Shown here piece by piece: positions 1 to 9,605 of a DNA stretch of 64,000 nt (position 1 is its first letter; the number at the start of each line of letters is the position of its first letter). The notes beneath the pieces were generated by a model, which was not told where the DNA came from, did not search any database, and saw nothing but the letters and a program-made list of their open reading frames with translations. The stretch comes from an uncultured Acidobacteriota bacterium. GTDB lineage: Bacteria; Acidobacteriota; Blastocatellia; RBC074. The translations under genes were made by a program, and so were the position numbers. The stretch lies in the NCBI GenBank assembly GCA_963796275.1, contig CAWCKY010000002.1, positions 352,001 to 416,000 of the forward strand, written 5' to 3'.

Positions 1-90
1 ACAAACTGCTGCTCATTTTTTTAACAACGCAACTATATTTGATTGCTTCGTCTCCTTAACGCAATGAATGACTTAGCTGTTAGCGCTCTG

Positions 91-107
91 CTGGAACAAG
101 GTTTGCT
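91..107 (+). promoter_or_regulatory. Putative sigma54 (-24/-12) promoter upstream of the TonB-dependent receptor
   Basis: CTGGAACAAGGTTTGCT fits GG-N10-GC. An IHF-like AATGAATGACTTA lies just upstream (63-75). Confidence 0.55.
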
Positions 108-172
108 CTACAATTAACTTCTAACTTCTAGCTTCTGCAACCTCGCAATCAATCTCGATAAGGAGAGCAACA

Positions 173-3100
173 ATGAATACCAGACGCGGAGCAACATATC
201 TTCCCGCAATCATATTATTTGCAATTTACACGGTTACGGCCTTCGCCCAGAGTCAAACCACAGGCCGCATTGCCGGAGCGGTCAAAGATGAAAAAGGCGC
301 GGTAATCCGGGGCGCCGAGATCGTAGTCACCAACGGATCAACGGGCGACACGCGGTCTGCTATGACCGATGGAGAGGGCAATTACATTATCTCGTTCGTT
401 CCACCCGGCCTTTACCAGGTCAGCATCAAGGCCAGCGGGTTCGCCAATACACTTCTCGACAACATCCGCGTGGCAATCACCGAAACCACGGTCGTCAATG
501 CCGATCTCGCGGTCGGCGCGGTGGCCGAACAGGCGATCACTATTAGCTCCGCTGCGTCACTCGTTCAGACCGAAGGAACGCAGCTCGGCCGTGTTGTAGA
601 TTCGCGCGCAGTAACGGAATTGCCGCTGGCGACGCGAAATTTCACGCAGATTCTCGGACTTTCCCCCGGAGCGGCAACTTATTTGCCGGACAATACCTCG
701 GTCGGTCGCAATTCACAGAACATTTCCGTCAACGGCGCGCGGGTAACCAATAATAATTTCCAGATCAACGGTGTGGATGCAAATTCGCAGGGCACCAATT
801 CGGCGCCCTCGCTCTCGGTTCCAGCGCCGGAGACGATACAAGAATTCAAGGTGCAGACCTCGCTGTATGACGCGACATTTGGACGTTCCGGCGGCGGCAA
901 CATTCAGGCGATAACGAAGAGCGGGACGAACGAATTTCACGGCGCACTTTATGAGTACTTTCGCAATGATGCGCTCAATGCGAACAATCCGTTCCTGAAA
1001 GTCGCCGGCGTGGGGCGGCCGGCGCTCAAGCGCAACATCTTTGGCGGCACACTCGGCGGGCGGCTCAAAAAAGAGAAAGCGTTCTTCTTCGTATCGTATC
1101 AGGGCACGCGCGAGCGCAACGGCGCGTCGATCTTCAACAGCCTTTCTTCCAACGTATTGATAGCGCCGGGTCTGACCGACGACCGCTCCGCGGCGACGCT
1201 GCTCAATACTTTCAATCCGCTTCTCCCGAACGGACAACCTGCCCCGACGATCAATCCGACGGCTCTCGCGCTGCTCAACGCGAGACTGCCTAACGGGCAG
1301 TTGGTGATTCCGACGCCGCAAACCAATGGCCGTTATTCCGGCTCTACGCCTTCGACCTATGAAGAGGATCAGTTCAACCTGAACATCGATTATCGCATCA
1401 GTGAGAAGAACACTCTCGCGGGTAAGTTTTTCTTCTTCAACTCGCCGCAGACTCTGACGCTACCGAGTTTCCTCGGCGGCGGGCCTAACGTGCCGGGCTT
1501 CGGCAATTTCCAGCAGAACAACGGCCGCCTGGCGGTGCTTCAAGATACACATATATTCAGTCCAACCGTCATCAATGAGGCGCGTCTCGGTTACAACTTC
1601 CTGCGCGTGGATGCCTTCCCGCAGCAACCGATCAATGACTCGGATATCGGCATCAAGCGCGCCAATGCCGACATCTATCCGGGACTGGGTTGGATTCGAA
1701 TCGCGCCGGCGGCTGGCGGTATCAGCATCGGCACCTCGCCGACGATCGATGTGCTCGCCGTAGCGCCTTCTACAACTTTGGCCGATACGCTTTCGATTAC
1801 GCGGGGAAAACACCTCATGCGGATGGGGACCGAGATTCGTTATAATGAAAACAACTACAACTTGAACTTCTTCACACGCGGTCAGATCGATTTTCTCAAC
1901 TTCAACAATTTCTTGACCGGCAATGCGCTCGTCTCGATCTTCGGCAGCGGCATCGGCGATCGCAGTTTGCGCGCCACCGATTACAACTTCTTCTTCCAGG
2001 ACGACTGGAAAGTTTCGTCGAAATTGGCGCTCAATCTAGGCTTGCGCTACGAACTGGATTTACCTGCTTCCGATACGCGCGGGCGTCTTGCTACGTTCGA
2101 TCCGGCGCTCTATCAACCTCGATCGTTAGCCGTGGGAGGCACGCCGATCGGCCCGCCCATCGGCGGGTACGTGCAGGCGGGGAGCGGACTATACGATTCG
2201 CCCGACATACCGAATGTATCCGATCGCGTGGTCAACAGCATCGACCCGAACAACCTGGCGCCACGAATCGGCTTCGCCTACACCCCGTTCAATTCTGGCC
2301 GGATGGTCGTACGCGGCGGTTACGGCGTCTTCTATTCCCGCACATCCTTCCAGTACATCACCCTCTCCGTGCTCGCCCCGCCGACTTATGTTTTCGGCGC
2401 GCGCGTCGGCGTTCCCACGCCGATCCCGATCGAAGACCCTTACTTTATGGTCCCACAGCTATCGGCCTTCCCGACTTTGGTGCCGGGGGTGGCGTTGTCA
2501 GGGACATTTTTCGACCGCAACATCCGGACGCCGCTCATACATCAGTTCAACACCAACGTGCAATACGAATTGGTCAAAGACCTGATGCTCGAAGTCGCCT
2601 ATGTCGGGACGCGCGGGTTGAATCTCTTCCGGCAGGTGGCGATCAATCAGGCGCCGCTGGCGACTGCGCAGCAACCGATCGTAAATGAGGTCACGGGGGC
2701 ATCCTTCACCACGAACACTCCGGCCGATGCGCTATTACGCGCGCCGTATCAAGGCGTGGGGATCAACGGATTTTTCCAGAATCAAGCCACCGCCCAGTCG
2801 AGCTACAATTCGCTGCAGGTGAGCCTGACCAAACGTTTTTCGCGCGGCCTGCAGTTCCTCACTTCGTACGCGTGGGCGAAATCGATTGACAATGCTTCGG
2901 GCCAGGGGGGCGGCGCCGGAAACACCGGGCTGGTCAATACCGGAGCAGTCGGCGAAACCGGGGGCATCCTCGGCGATCAGCGTGACAATCGCGCCAATCG
3001 CGGCGTTTCGGATTTCGACCGCTCGCATCGCCTGGTGGTCAGCTATCTCTACGACCTGCCGACACCTGCTTTCGCAAAAAACTCGGCCGCTGGTAAAGCA

Positions 3101-3679
3101 CTGCTCGATGGATGGCAGATTGCAGGCATCCTCACGGTCATGTCCGGTCTGCCGATCGATATAGTCGATACGGGCGCCGGATCGTTCTACGGTTTATCGG
3201 GAGGCAGCGCTCCGCTGGCCCGGCCGAACTATGTGACGGGCGCTACGACCAGCACGGCGACGAGCAATGTGCCGCAGAATTTCTACTTCAACCCTTTTGC
3301 CTTTGCTCGCCCGGTTGTGTTGGCCAATCAGCCGATTCCGAGTTCAGGCGGTGCGGCCATCGCCGGCGCAATCGGTACCGACGTAGGGAGCATCGGACGC
3401 AACATTTTGCGGGGACCGCGCCAGAAGAATGTGGACTTTTCGATCATCAAGCGCTTTCGCATCAGTGAAGTGAAGAACTTCGAATTTCGCACGGAGTTCT
3501 TCAATCTCTTCAATCAGGTCAATCTGGCCAATCCGATCAGCGATCTGAACTCGGTGGTGGCATCAGGAGGAAGCCTCGATGCTAGCGGGAACATTATCAA
3601 CCCGGGGGCCTTTGGGCGAATCATATCGACGACCAATAATCCGCGACTGATACAGTTTGCGCTGAAGTTCAATTACTAG
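173..3679 (+). CDS. TonB-dependent receptor, Oar-like, with N-terminal carboxypeptidase-regulatory-like domain
   Basis: Signal peptide; GRIAGAVKDEKGAVIRGAEI N-domain; plug motifs INGVDAN and ETIQEFKVQTSLYDATFGRSGGG; FFQDDWKV; C-terminal PRLIQFALKFNY. Confidence 0.92.
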   Translation: MNTRRGATYLPAIILFAIYTVTAFAQSQTTGRIAGAVKDEKGAVIRGAEIVVTNGSTGDTRSAMTDGEGNYIISFVPPGLYQVSIKASGFANTLLDNIRVAITETTVVNADLAVGAVAEQAITISSAASLVQTEGTQLGRVVDSRAVTELPLATRNFTQILGLSPGAATYLPDNTSVGRNSQNISVNGARVTNNNFQINGVDANSQGTNSAPSLSVPAPETIQEFKVQTSLYDATFGRSGGGNIQAITKSGTNEFHGALYEYFRNDALNANNPFLKVAGVGRPALKRNIFGGTLGGRLKKEKAFFFVSYQGTRERNGASIFNSLSSNVLIAPGLTDDRSAATLLNTFNPLLPNGQPAPTINPTALALLNARLPNGQLVIPTPQTNGRYSGSTPSTYEEDQFNLNIDYRISEKNTLAGKFFFFNSPQTLTLPSFLGGGPNVPGFGNFQQNNGRLAVLQDTHIFSPTVINEARLGYNFLRVDAFPQQPINDSDIGIKRANADIYPGLGWIRIAPAAGGISIGTSPTIDVLAVAPSTTLADTLSITRGKHLMRMGTEIRYNENNYNLNFFTRGQIDFLNFNNFLTGNALVSIFGSGIGDRSLRATDYNFFFQDDWKVSSKLALNLGLRYELDLPASDTRGRLATFDPALYQPRSLAVGGTPIGPPIGGYVQAGSGLYDSPDIPNVSDRVVNSIDPNNLAPRIGFAYTPFNSGRMVVRGGYGVFYSRTSFQYITLSVLAPPTYVFGARVGVPTPIPIEDPYFMVPQLSAFPTLVPGVALSGTFFDRNIRTPLIHQFNTNVQYELVKDLMLEVAYVGTRGLNLFRQVAINQAPLATAQQPIVNEVTGASFTTNTPADALLRAPYQGVGINGFFQNQATAQSSYNSLQVSLTKRFSRGLQFLTSYAWAKSIDNASGQGGGAGNTGLVNTGAVGETGGILGDQRDNRANRGVSDFDRSHRLVVSYLYDLPTPAFAKNSAAGKALLDGWQIAGILTVMSGLPIDIVDTGAGSFYGLSGGSAPLARPNYVTGATTSTATSNVPQNFYFNPFAFARPVVLANQPIPSSGGAAIAGAIGTDVGSIGRNILRGPRQKNVDFSIIKRFRISEVKNFEFRTEFFNLFNQVNLANPISDLNSVVASGGSLDASGNIINPGAFGRIISTTNNPRLIQFALKFNY

Positions 3680-3715
3680 CGCTTTCATCGGTTCGATGTT
3701 TAAAGGAGATAATCA

Positions 3716-4639
3716 GTGATTCTCACCAGCGTAAAGCAAGTCGCTTTCAAAGTTACGAGCGAGGCGCGAGGACGAGTGTCCGGCGATGGCGTCGAGCTCG
3801 CCTTCGGTTATTGGCCTGGGCGTGGTGCGCCGGTCGTGGGGATTCATGGCTTGACGGCGTCGTATCTAACCTTTGCCGGGATAGCCGAACGCCTGGCTGG
3901 GCGATGCTCTCTCTTCGCGGTCGACCTGCGTGGCCGTGGCGATTCGCAGAAGCCTGCTGGCCCTTACGGGATGACACAGCATGCCCGCGATGTAGCTGCA
4001 GCGATGCGGGCTCTGGGCCTGGGCCCGAGTATCATCGCAGGTCACTCAATGGGCGCCTTTGTCGCTACCGCATTGGCAGCGGAAGCACCTGAGCTCGTCG
4101 CGGGATTGATATTAATCGACGGCGGCTACGTTCCTAACCTCACCATTGGGGTTGATTCCGAGCAGGCGCTCGATAATTTGCTTGAAAAGCGTATAACGCA
4201 GCTTCGTCAAATTTATCCATCACGAGAAGCATACCGTGAGTTCTGGCGGAGCCAACCGCATTTCCCTTCAATCGATTGGGGGCCTTGGGTAGAGGCGTTT
4301 CTCGACTACGAGCTCGGCGGCGAGCAGCCCAGGTTGCAACCTAAGGCATCGGAGGATGCAGTCCGAGCTGACTTGGCAGAGGGGACTCGCGAGGCTGAAA
4401 TAAGAGCTCGACTCAATGCGGTTCGCGTTCCCACCCTGCTCGTCCGCGCTGAGGCGGGTTTTGCGCCCGGTCAGCCTCCGCTATTTCCCGACTCAATTGT
4501 GAAGAAAATTATGGAATGTCTGCCTGAGATCGAGGATGAGATCATTCCCGGCACTACTCACTACACAATCACGCTGGGTGATTGCGGAGCCTCGAGGATC
4601 GCTAATTTAATAGATAATTTTGCACGACACCGCTTTTAG
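3716..4639 (+). CDS. Alpha/beta fold hydrolase
   Basis: IHGL, DLRGRGDS, nucleophile GHSMG, C-terminal THY His; RBS AAGGAG before a GTG start. Confidence 0.88.
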   Translation: MILTSVKQVAFKVTSEARGRVSGDGVELAFGYWPGRGAPVVGIHGLTASYLTFAGIAERLAGRCSLFAVDLRGRGDSQKPAGPYGMTQHARDVAAAMRALGLGPSIIAGHSMGAFVATALAAEAPELVAGLILIDGGYVPNLTIGVDSEQALDNLLEKRITQLRQIYPSREAYREFWRSQPHFPSIDWGPWVEAFLDYELGGEQPRLQPKASEDAVRADLAEGTREAEIRARLNAVRVPTLLVRAEAGFAPGQPPLFPDSIVKKIMECLPEIEDEIIPGTTHYTITLGDCGASRIANLIDNFARHRF

Positions 4640-4783
4640 TCGAAGCGCAAACAAGCATACAAATGAAAGCTGTTTGTTAACAATGTGTTCTCGAACACCC
4701 GGATATCATGCCCATTCATCGCAGGATGGTGAACTCTCTCACATCGACCATCGATGTTGACTGGTGACATCGTGAGACTTTAC

Positions 4784-6142
4784 TTTATCATCCGCGAAAG
4801 AATACTCCATCCATAGCGAGCATCTTGGCGAGCTTGGATGGAGATGAATTCGCATCGTGGGCGCTTCGCCCACGATTAAAGGGCTTACAAAGCTATCTAA
4901 TATAAGTTAAAATATTTCTGTGATAGTCCAGAAGGCCTTCAAATACAGATTTTTTCCCACTGACGCAGCAGGCCGCGCAACTCGCTAGGACCTTCGGTTG
5001 CGCTCGCTACGTTTACAATCAGGCATCTGGAATATCGAACTACAGCTTGGCAGCAGGAGAAGAAGTCTGTTGGCTATCACCTACTGCGCGAAACTGACAG
5101 AGTGGAAAAAGGAGCCTGAGAAAGCCTTTCTTTCCGAAGTCAGTTCCGTTGTTCTTCAACAATCGCTGCGTAATCTCGATACGGCTTTCACAAACTTCTT
5201 CGCGAAGCGAGCGGAATATCCGAAGTTTAAAGTCGAAACACGGCATCGACAATCGGCTCCGTTACGCCACCAACGCCTTCACCACAGAGACGGCCGAGAT
5301 CACGCTCGCCAAGCAATCCGAGCCTTTGGATATCTGTCTGGAGTCGTCCGCTTCCTGACGATGCGAAAGATGGTCAATCTGACAGTCAGCAAGGATACAG
5401 AGGAGCGCTACTTTGTCAGCATCCTGGTCGAAACCGACTTCAAGCCTCTGAAGAAGGTGAAAGCCGAAGTGGGCATTGACGTCGGGATTAAGACCCTGGC
5501 CAGGACCAGTGACGGACAGAGACTTGAAAACCCGCGCCCTCTGCTCAGACGGGAGAAGCGATTGAAGAGACGTCAACGCCGTCTCTCGCGCAAGGTTAAG
5601 GGGAGCAATAATCGAAAGAAAGCCAAGCTCACAGTAGCCAAGCTGCACGCCCGAATCAGCGATACCCGGAGAGATACGGTTCAGAAATTCACCACGAAGA
5701 TCATTCGCGAGAACCAAGCGATCTTTGTCGAAGGACTGAACGTTGCCGGGATGCTCAAGAATGGCAACTTGGCCAAACATATAGCGGATGCGGCGTTTGC
5801 CGAGATATTCCGGGAGCTGGAATACAAGGCGCGCTGGTACGGGAGAAGCTACATTGCCATTGGATCGGTTCTTCCCATCGTCCAAGTTGTGTTCGTAGCT
5901 GTGGCCATCTGTTGAAGGAACTGGCTCTGTCGGTTCGCGAGTGGGATTGCCCGCAGTGCGGGGTCCATCACGACCGGGACGAAAACGCGGCGATCAATAT
6001 CATGCGAGCAGGGCAATACCTGTTGCGAAAACTACCGGGTGGGACGCCCGGAAAGTAACGCCTACGAGATATGAGCGACGGCGCTCAGCGTAGGAATCCC
6101 CCACCATACCGCGCTTTGGCGGTTGGTGCGGGAGAAAGTCAC
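4784..6142 (+). mobile_element. IS200/IS605-family element carrying tnpB only (IS1341-like, non-autonomous)
   Basis: Left end: AAAG followed by a CTCCATCCA/TGGATGGAG hairpin, then a perfect 10-bp hairpin at 4854-4876. Right end: AGGAATCCCC...GGGAGAAAGTCAC hairpin ending in TCAC. No tnpA. The left boundary is approximate. Confidence 0.82.
4920..6074 (+). pseudogene. tnpB: TnpB RNA-guided endonuclease, multiply frameshifted
   Basis: Stitching frames gives MIVQKAFKYRFFPT..LARTFGCARYVYN..QQSLRNLDTAFTNFF..VGIDVGIK (RuvC-I)..[11 protein letters not shown] (RuvC-II)..[29 protein letters not shown] (Zn finger, RuvC-III). About ten single-base indels are needed. Confidence 0.9.
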
Positions 6143-6160
6143 AGATGCCTCAATCGACTC
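5990..6160 (+). ncRNA. Putative omegaRNA (reRNA) of TnpB
   Basis: Overlaps the tnpB 3' end and the right end. Nested stems CCGGG/CCCGG, CCTACG/CGTAGG and GAGCG/CGCTC, plus the right-end hairpin. The guide would be the flank after TCAC. The 5' boundary is a guess. Confidence 0.55.
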
Positions 6161-6195
6161 AATTAATCATTATCAAGAAAAAGGCGATTCTGAAC

Positions 6196-7281
6196 ATGAA
6201 AAAGCACGAAGGCCACAGGTTCTCCGCGATTGCCCTTTTACTGATCTTCATACTCCTATCCAATGACAATCTCGGGGCATCTACAAAGACAGGTCGTCAT
6301 AATGTCATATTGAAGTCGCTATCGACGGCCGCTTCGCCATCGATAGCCGCTTCGAGTGGCGCTACTTCACCTGAAGCTGATGTCAGTACATCCGGGCAGA
6401 ACGGCATCGGGCTGACTCCGCATTTCAGGAATTGGCTGGCCGCGAACGGGTACTCAGGCTACGATTTCGCACGCGACGATCTGCAGGGTGGAAGTTATGG
6501 CGGTAAACAGAGCGATAGGGACAGTGTGATCAACCAACCAGTCATCTTCATTCACGGCAATTCGGACAGCGCGCTCGGAACCGAGGCGCCATTTACCGGA
6601 TGGGCCGCCTCGATCGACTATTTTCTCACGCAAGGATACAAAACAGCGGAGTTGTACGCGACCACCTGGGGACCAGCCGATCCCTCCTTGTCAAGTTCTC
6701 AGTATCATGCAAAAGCATACCTCACAAAAATCAGAGCCTTCATCAAGGCAGTCAAGGCTTATACGGGAGCTGCCAAAGTCGATGTAATCGCACATTCAAT
6801 GGGGGTTACTCTGGCAAGAAAGGCGATTTTGGGCGGGGCGGCTTCTGATCCTATGGATGGCGGAGACTACGATTTAGGACCTCCCTTGACCGGCATAGTC
6901 GATGCCTTCGTCGGAATTGCCGCCGCTAATAGAGGTCTGGTCAACTGTTATTTAAGCGGTCCGATGACTCCTGCTTGTAGTGATACAAACGGATTTTATC
7001 CCGGCTATCTAATCGGGTTGGAGGGGCCCTTCGGCGTCTCTCGGATTTTGCAAAACATCAATGCCACTTCTCATTATGAAGGTTCATTTGTCTATACCAT
7101 CTGGTCTACTGTAGACGAGGTCCTCGGGTACGGCTGCCTGGTCTACGGACGCTACACTCCCCAAATACCAGGACAAAATGGCGAGCGACGATTTAGCTCC
7201 TATCCTTACGGTCACATCAACTCAAAGGATTTAACAGGTTTCTATCAATGGCGAATGGTTAAATATCATGCCGTAAATTAA
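6196..7281 (+). CDS. Secreted lipase, Lipase_2 family
   Basis: Signal peptide MKKHEGHRFSAIALLLIFILL; PVIFIHGNSD, LYATTWG, VDVIAHSMG nucleophile; Ser/Ala-rich linker. Confidence 0.85.
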   Translation: MKKHEGHRFSAIALLLIFILLSNDNLGASTKTGRHNVILKSLSTAASPSIAASSGATSPEADVSTSGQNGIGLTPHFRNWLAANGYSGYDFARDDLQGGSYGGKQSDRDSVINQPVIFIHGNSDSALGTEAPFTGWAASIDYFLTQGYKTAELYATTWGPADPSLSSSQYHAKAYLTKIRAFIKAVKAYTGAAKVDVIAHSMGVTLARKAILGGAASDPMDGGDYDLGPPLTGIVDAFVGIAAANRGLVNCYLSGPMTPACSDTNGFYPGYLIGLEGPFGVSRILQNINATSHYEGSFVYTIWSTVDEVLGYGCLVYGRYTPQIPGQNGERRFSSYPYGHINSKDLTGFYQWRMVKYHAVN

Positions 7282-7500
7282 CGCTACCGTGTTGTGTACC
7301 CTCGCTTTCATAGGAGAATAGATCAAGCGCGAATATGTTACAGCTGGTGAATTAAGCGTAACGTCGGGAGCGCCGACAGTGCGACGGATGAAGAGATGAG
7401 CTGAGCCGAGCCTTGTTCGAGCTGATGAGCCTGGCTTATATCCAATGGAAACGGCGATGACATTGAACGCTACACAGCGCTCGTTACGTGCGAACAGCGT

Positions 7501-8280
7501 TTAGTTCTGCTGGCTATTTCGATGCGTCTGCTCGTCTAGCCAGTTCGCAATTTCTTCTTTAAACTGCGATTTGAATATGCAATTTAGATGGCCCGCATCG
7601 TTGATCTCGATCACTGTCCAGTCGCTACGAGCCAATCGCAGCGGGCCTACGAAGAGCCTCTTCACAGGGTCGCGGTCCCCGACGATGACGACGACTGGCA
7701 CGCGAATTCCCTTCAGCTCCGTTTCAGTCACAGCCAATTGGCCGAGACTGCGAGCGCAGGCCGGCGGAGTTCTAAAACCTCTGCTCTCCATCCGTCCCCA
7801 CATTTTTTGCAGCCCGCTTCCGTCGCGTAACCACCCCATCCCGCTGATAGTTCCCGATAGCACTCGATCTTGATGTCTTGTCATGAATTTGACAGCGATC
7901 ATCCCACCCATCGAATATCCGACGATATGAGCCTTCTGAATCTTGAGATGATCGAGGAGTCGCGCCACGTCTTCAACCATTTCCAACCCGTATGCTTCCT
8001 CATCCGAAGGTTTGTCTGACTCTCCGTGACCGGGCATATCCAACGCAATGACCTGATATTTTTGAGAGAGCATTCGAACGATGCCCGGCATTTCCCAGTT
8101 GCCCCTTGCGCTGGAGTACAACCCGTGAATGAGAACAACGGGCTCTCCCTCGCCTTCGACGACATAATGGAGTTTCACCCCATTCGCATCGAACTTCCGG
8201 TTTGATCGGGACTGGCCGGCGACGGAAAAAGCGGGGATGGTCAATACAAAGAGCAGCAATAACTTAGATATAGAACGCAT
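7501..8280 (-). CDS. Secreted alpha/beta hydrolase
   Basis: Signal peptide; VLIHG, DMPGHGES, GYSMG, GDRD, AGH. Confidence 0.88.
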   Translation of the reverse strand: MRSISKLLLLFVLTIPAFSVAGQSRSNRKFDANGVKLHYVVEGEGEPVVLIHGLYSSARGNWEMPGIVRMLSQKYQVIALDMPGHGESDKPSDEEAYGLEMVEDVARLLDHLKIQKAHIVGYSMGGMIAVKFMTRHQDRVLSGTISGMGWLRDGSGLQKMWGRMESRGFRTPPACARSLGQLAVTETELKGIRVPVVVIVGDRDPVKRLFVGPLRLARSDWTVIEINDAGHLNCIFKSQFKEEIANWLDEQTHRNSQQN

Positions 8281-8557
8281 TATTTGTTCCCTTAAGATTC
8301 AGCTGTTGCGCCATCGCGTGCATCGGAAAAGATCTAATTGCGATCCGGTATTGTAGTCGCCAGAACAACATTCGTAAATTCATTAGCTCAGGCGCGAACG
8401 GCTCTTCGATAAAATAATCACCAGTTTGCATAGGAAAGAGCGCTGCCATCGAAAGCCTGAAAAAACGTACCAATTGTGTGGCCTCAAAATGAATGGGGAG
8501 GACTAATCGGTTGCGTCTTTGCGTCAGAAAAGTATGCTAATGTTTTAGTCTGAAGAG

Positions 8558-9463
8558 ATGATGTCAGCTAACGTAGAGAATACGAATAAGAGCGAATACC
8601 GGCGCGGCGTGAGACGTGTGTTGCTCATCACACTATGTCTCAATATCACCATTGTCATCGGCAAACTTATCGCAGGGTTACTGGCGGGAAGCCTGAGCGT
8701 CATTAGCGATGCAATCCACTCCACCGTCGATTCTATCAATAATATCGTCGGATTGGTTGTAATGAAATATGCTGCGGCTGAACCGGACGAAGGCCATCCA
8801 TATGGCCACGCAAAATTTGAAACGCTCGCCGCTTTCGTCATCGCCGGATTCCTCTTTCTCACATGCTATGAAATCGGAGCCAGCGCTTTCAAAAAATTGT
8901 TCCAGACTGATGACACATCACCCTCAGTCACTCCGCTCACTTTCATTGTAATGACCGTTTCTATTGTTGTTAATCTTATAGTCACTACTTACGAGCAGCG
9001 TGAAGGCAAGCGTCTGAAGAGTGAATTCTTATTGGCCGACGCGATTCATACGCGCAGCGATGTATTGGTCAGTTGTTCAGTTATGATCGGATTGATTTTG
9101 ATACGAATGGGTTACTTCTGGCTTGACCCGGTCATCTCGCTCGCGGTGGCTGCCTTCATCGCCTGGAATGGTTATCAGATTTTCAAAGCGACGGTTCCGG
9201 TTTTGGTAGATGCAGCACCCGTATCGTCAGAGCGGATCGCGGAGATCGCCGAAAGCGTGTCGGGCGTTCATTCGGTTCACGAAGTCCGTTCACGCGCGCA
9301 AGGCAATGAGATGTTCATTGAAATGCATCTACACGTCTCCGCCGACGCCGAGCGCGATCACGTAGCGTCGCACGCTATTACCGAAGAAGTAGAGAGAAGA
9401 TTGGCGGCGGAATTCGGCAAGGTGACAGCAACAATCCACGTCGAGCCCTTACCCCCAGCATAA
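8558..9463 (+). CDS. Cation diffusion facilitator transporter (FieF-like)
   Basis: SDAIHSTVD, HPYGHAKFE, ADAIHTRSD, C-terminal IHVEP; several TM segments. Confidence 0.92.
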   Translation: MMSANVENTNKSEYRRGVRRVLLITLCLNITIVIGKLIAGLLAGSLSVISDAIHSTVDSINNIVGLVVMKYAAAEPDEGHPYGHAKFETLAAFVIAGFLFLTCYEIGASAFKKLFQTDDTSPSVTPLTFIVMTVSIVVNLIVTTYEQREGKRLKSEFLLADAIHTRSDVLVSCSVMIGLILIRMGYFWLDPVISLAVAAFIAWNGYQIFKATVPVLVDAAPVSSERIAEIAESVSGVHSVHEVRSRAQGNEMFIEMHLHVSADAERDHVASHAITEEVERRLAAEFGKVTATIHVEPLPPA

Positions 9464-9605
9464 AAAAGATTAGTCGCGTTGGACCAGATCGAGATTGGTC
9501 GGTCGAGCAGCCGGCGATTCGTAAATTCTTTCAGGAATTGAACATGCGACCGCAATGCAACGACTGAACATACCCGATCCTTTGAATCCCGGTAAATCAG
9601 CTGGA

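Noticed and set aside
4998-5915. ORF-track 305-aa protein as an intact, novel short TnpB
   Set aside because: It is a mosaic of in-frame and out-of-frame segments. The real N-terminus and Zn finger/RuvC-III lie in other frames.
8264-8473. 69-aa ORF with GDYFIEEPFAPEL, resembling a receiver-domain tail
   Set aside because: The similarity is too short, there is no clear RBS, and it overlaps the hydrolase start.
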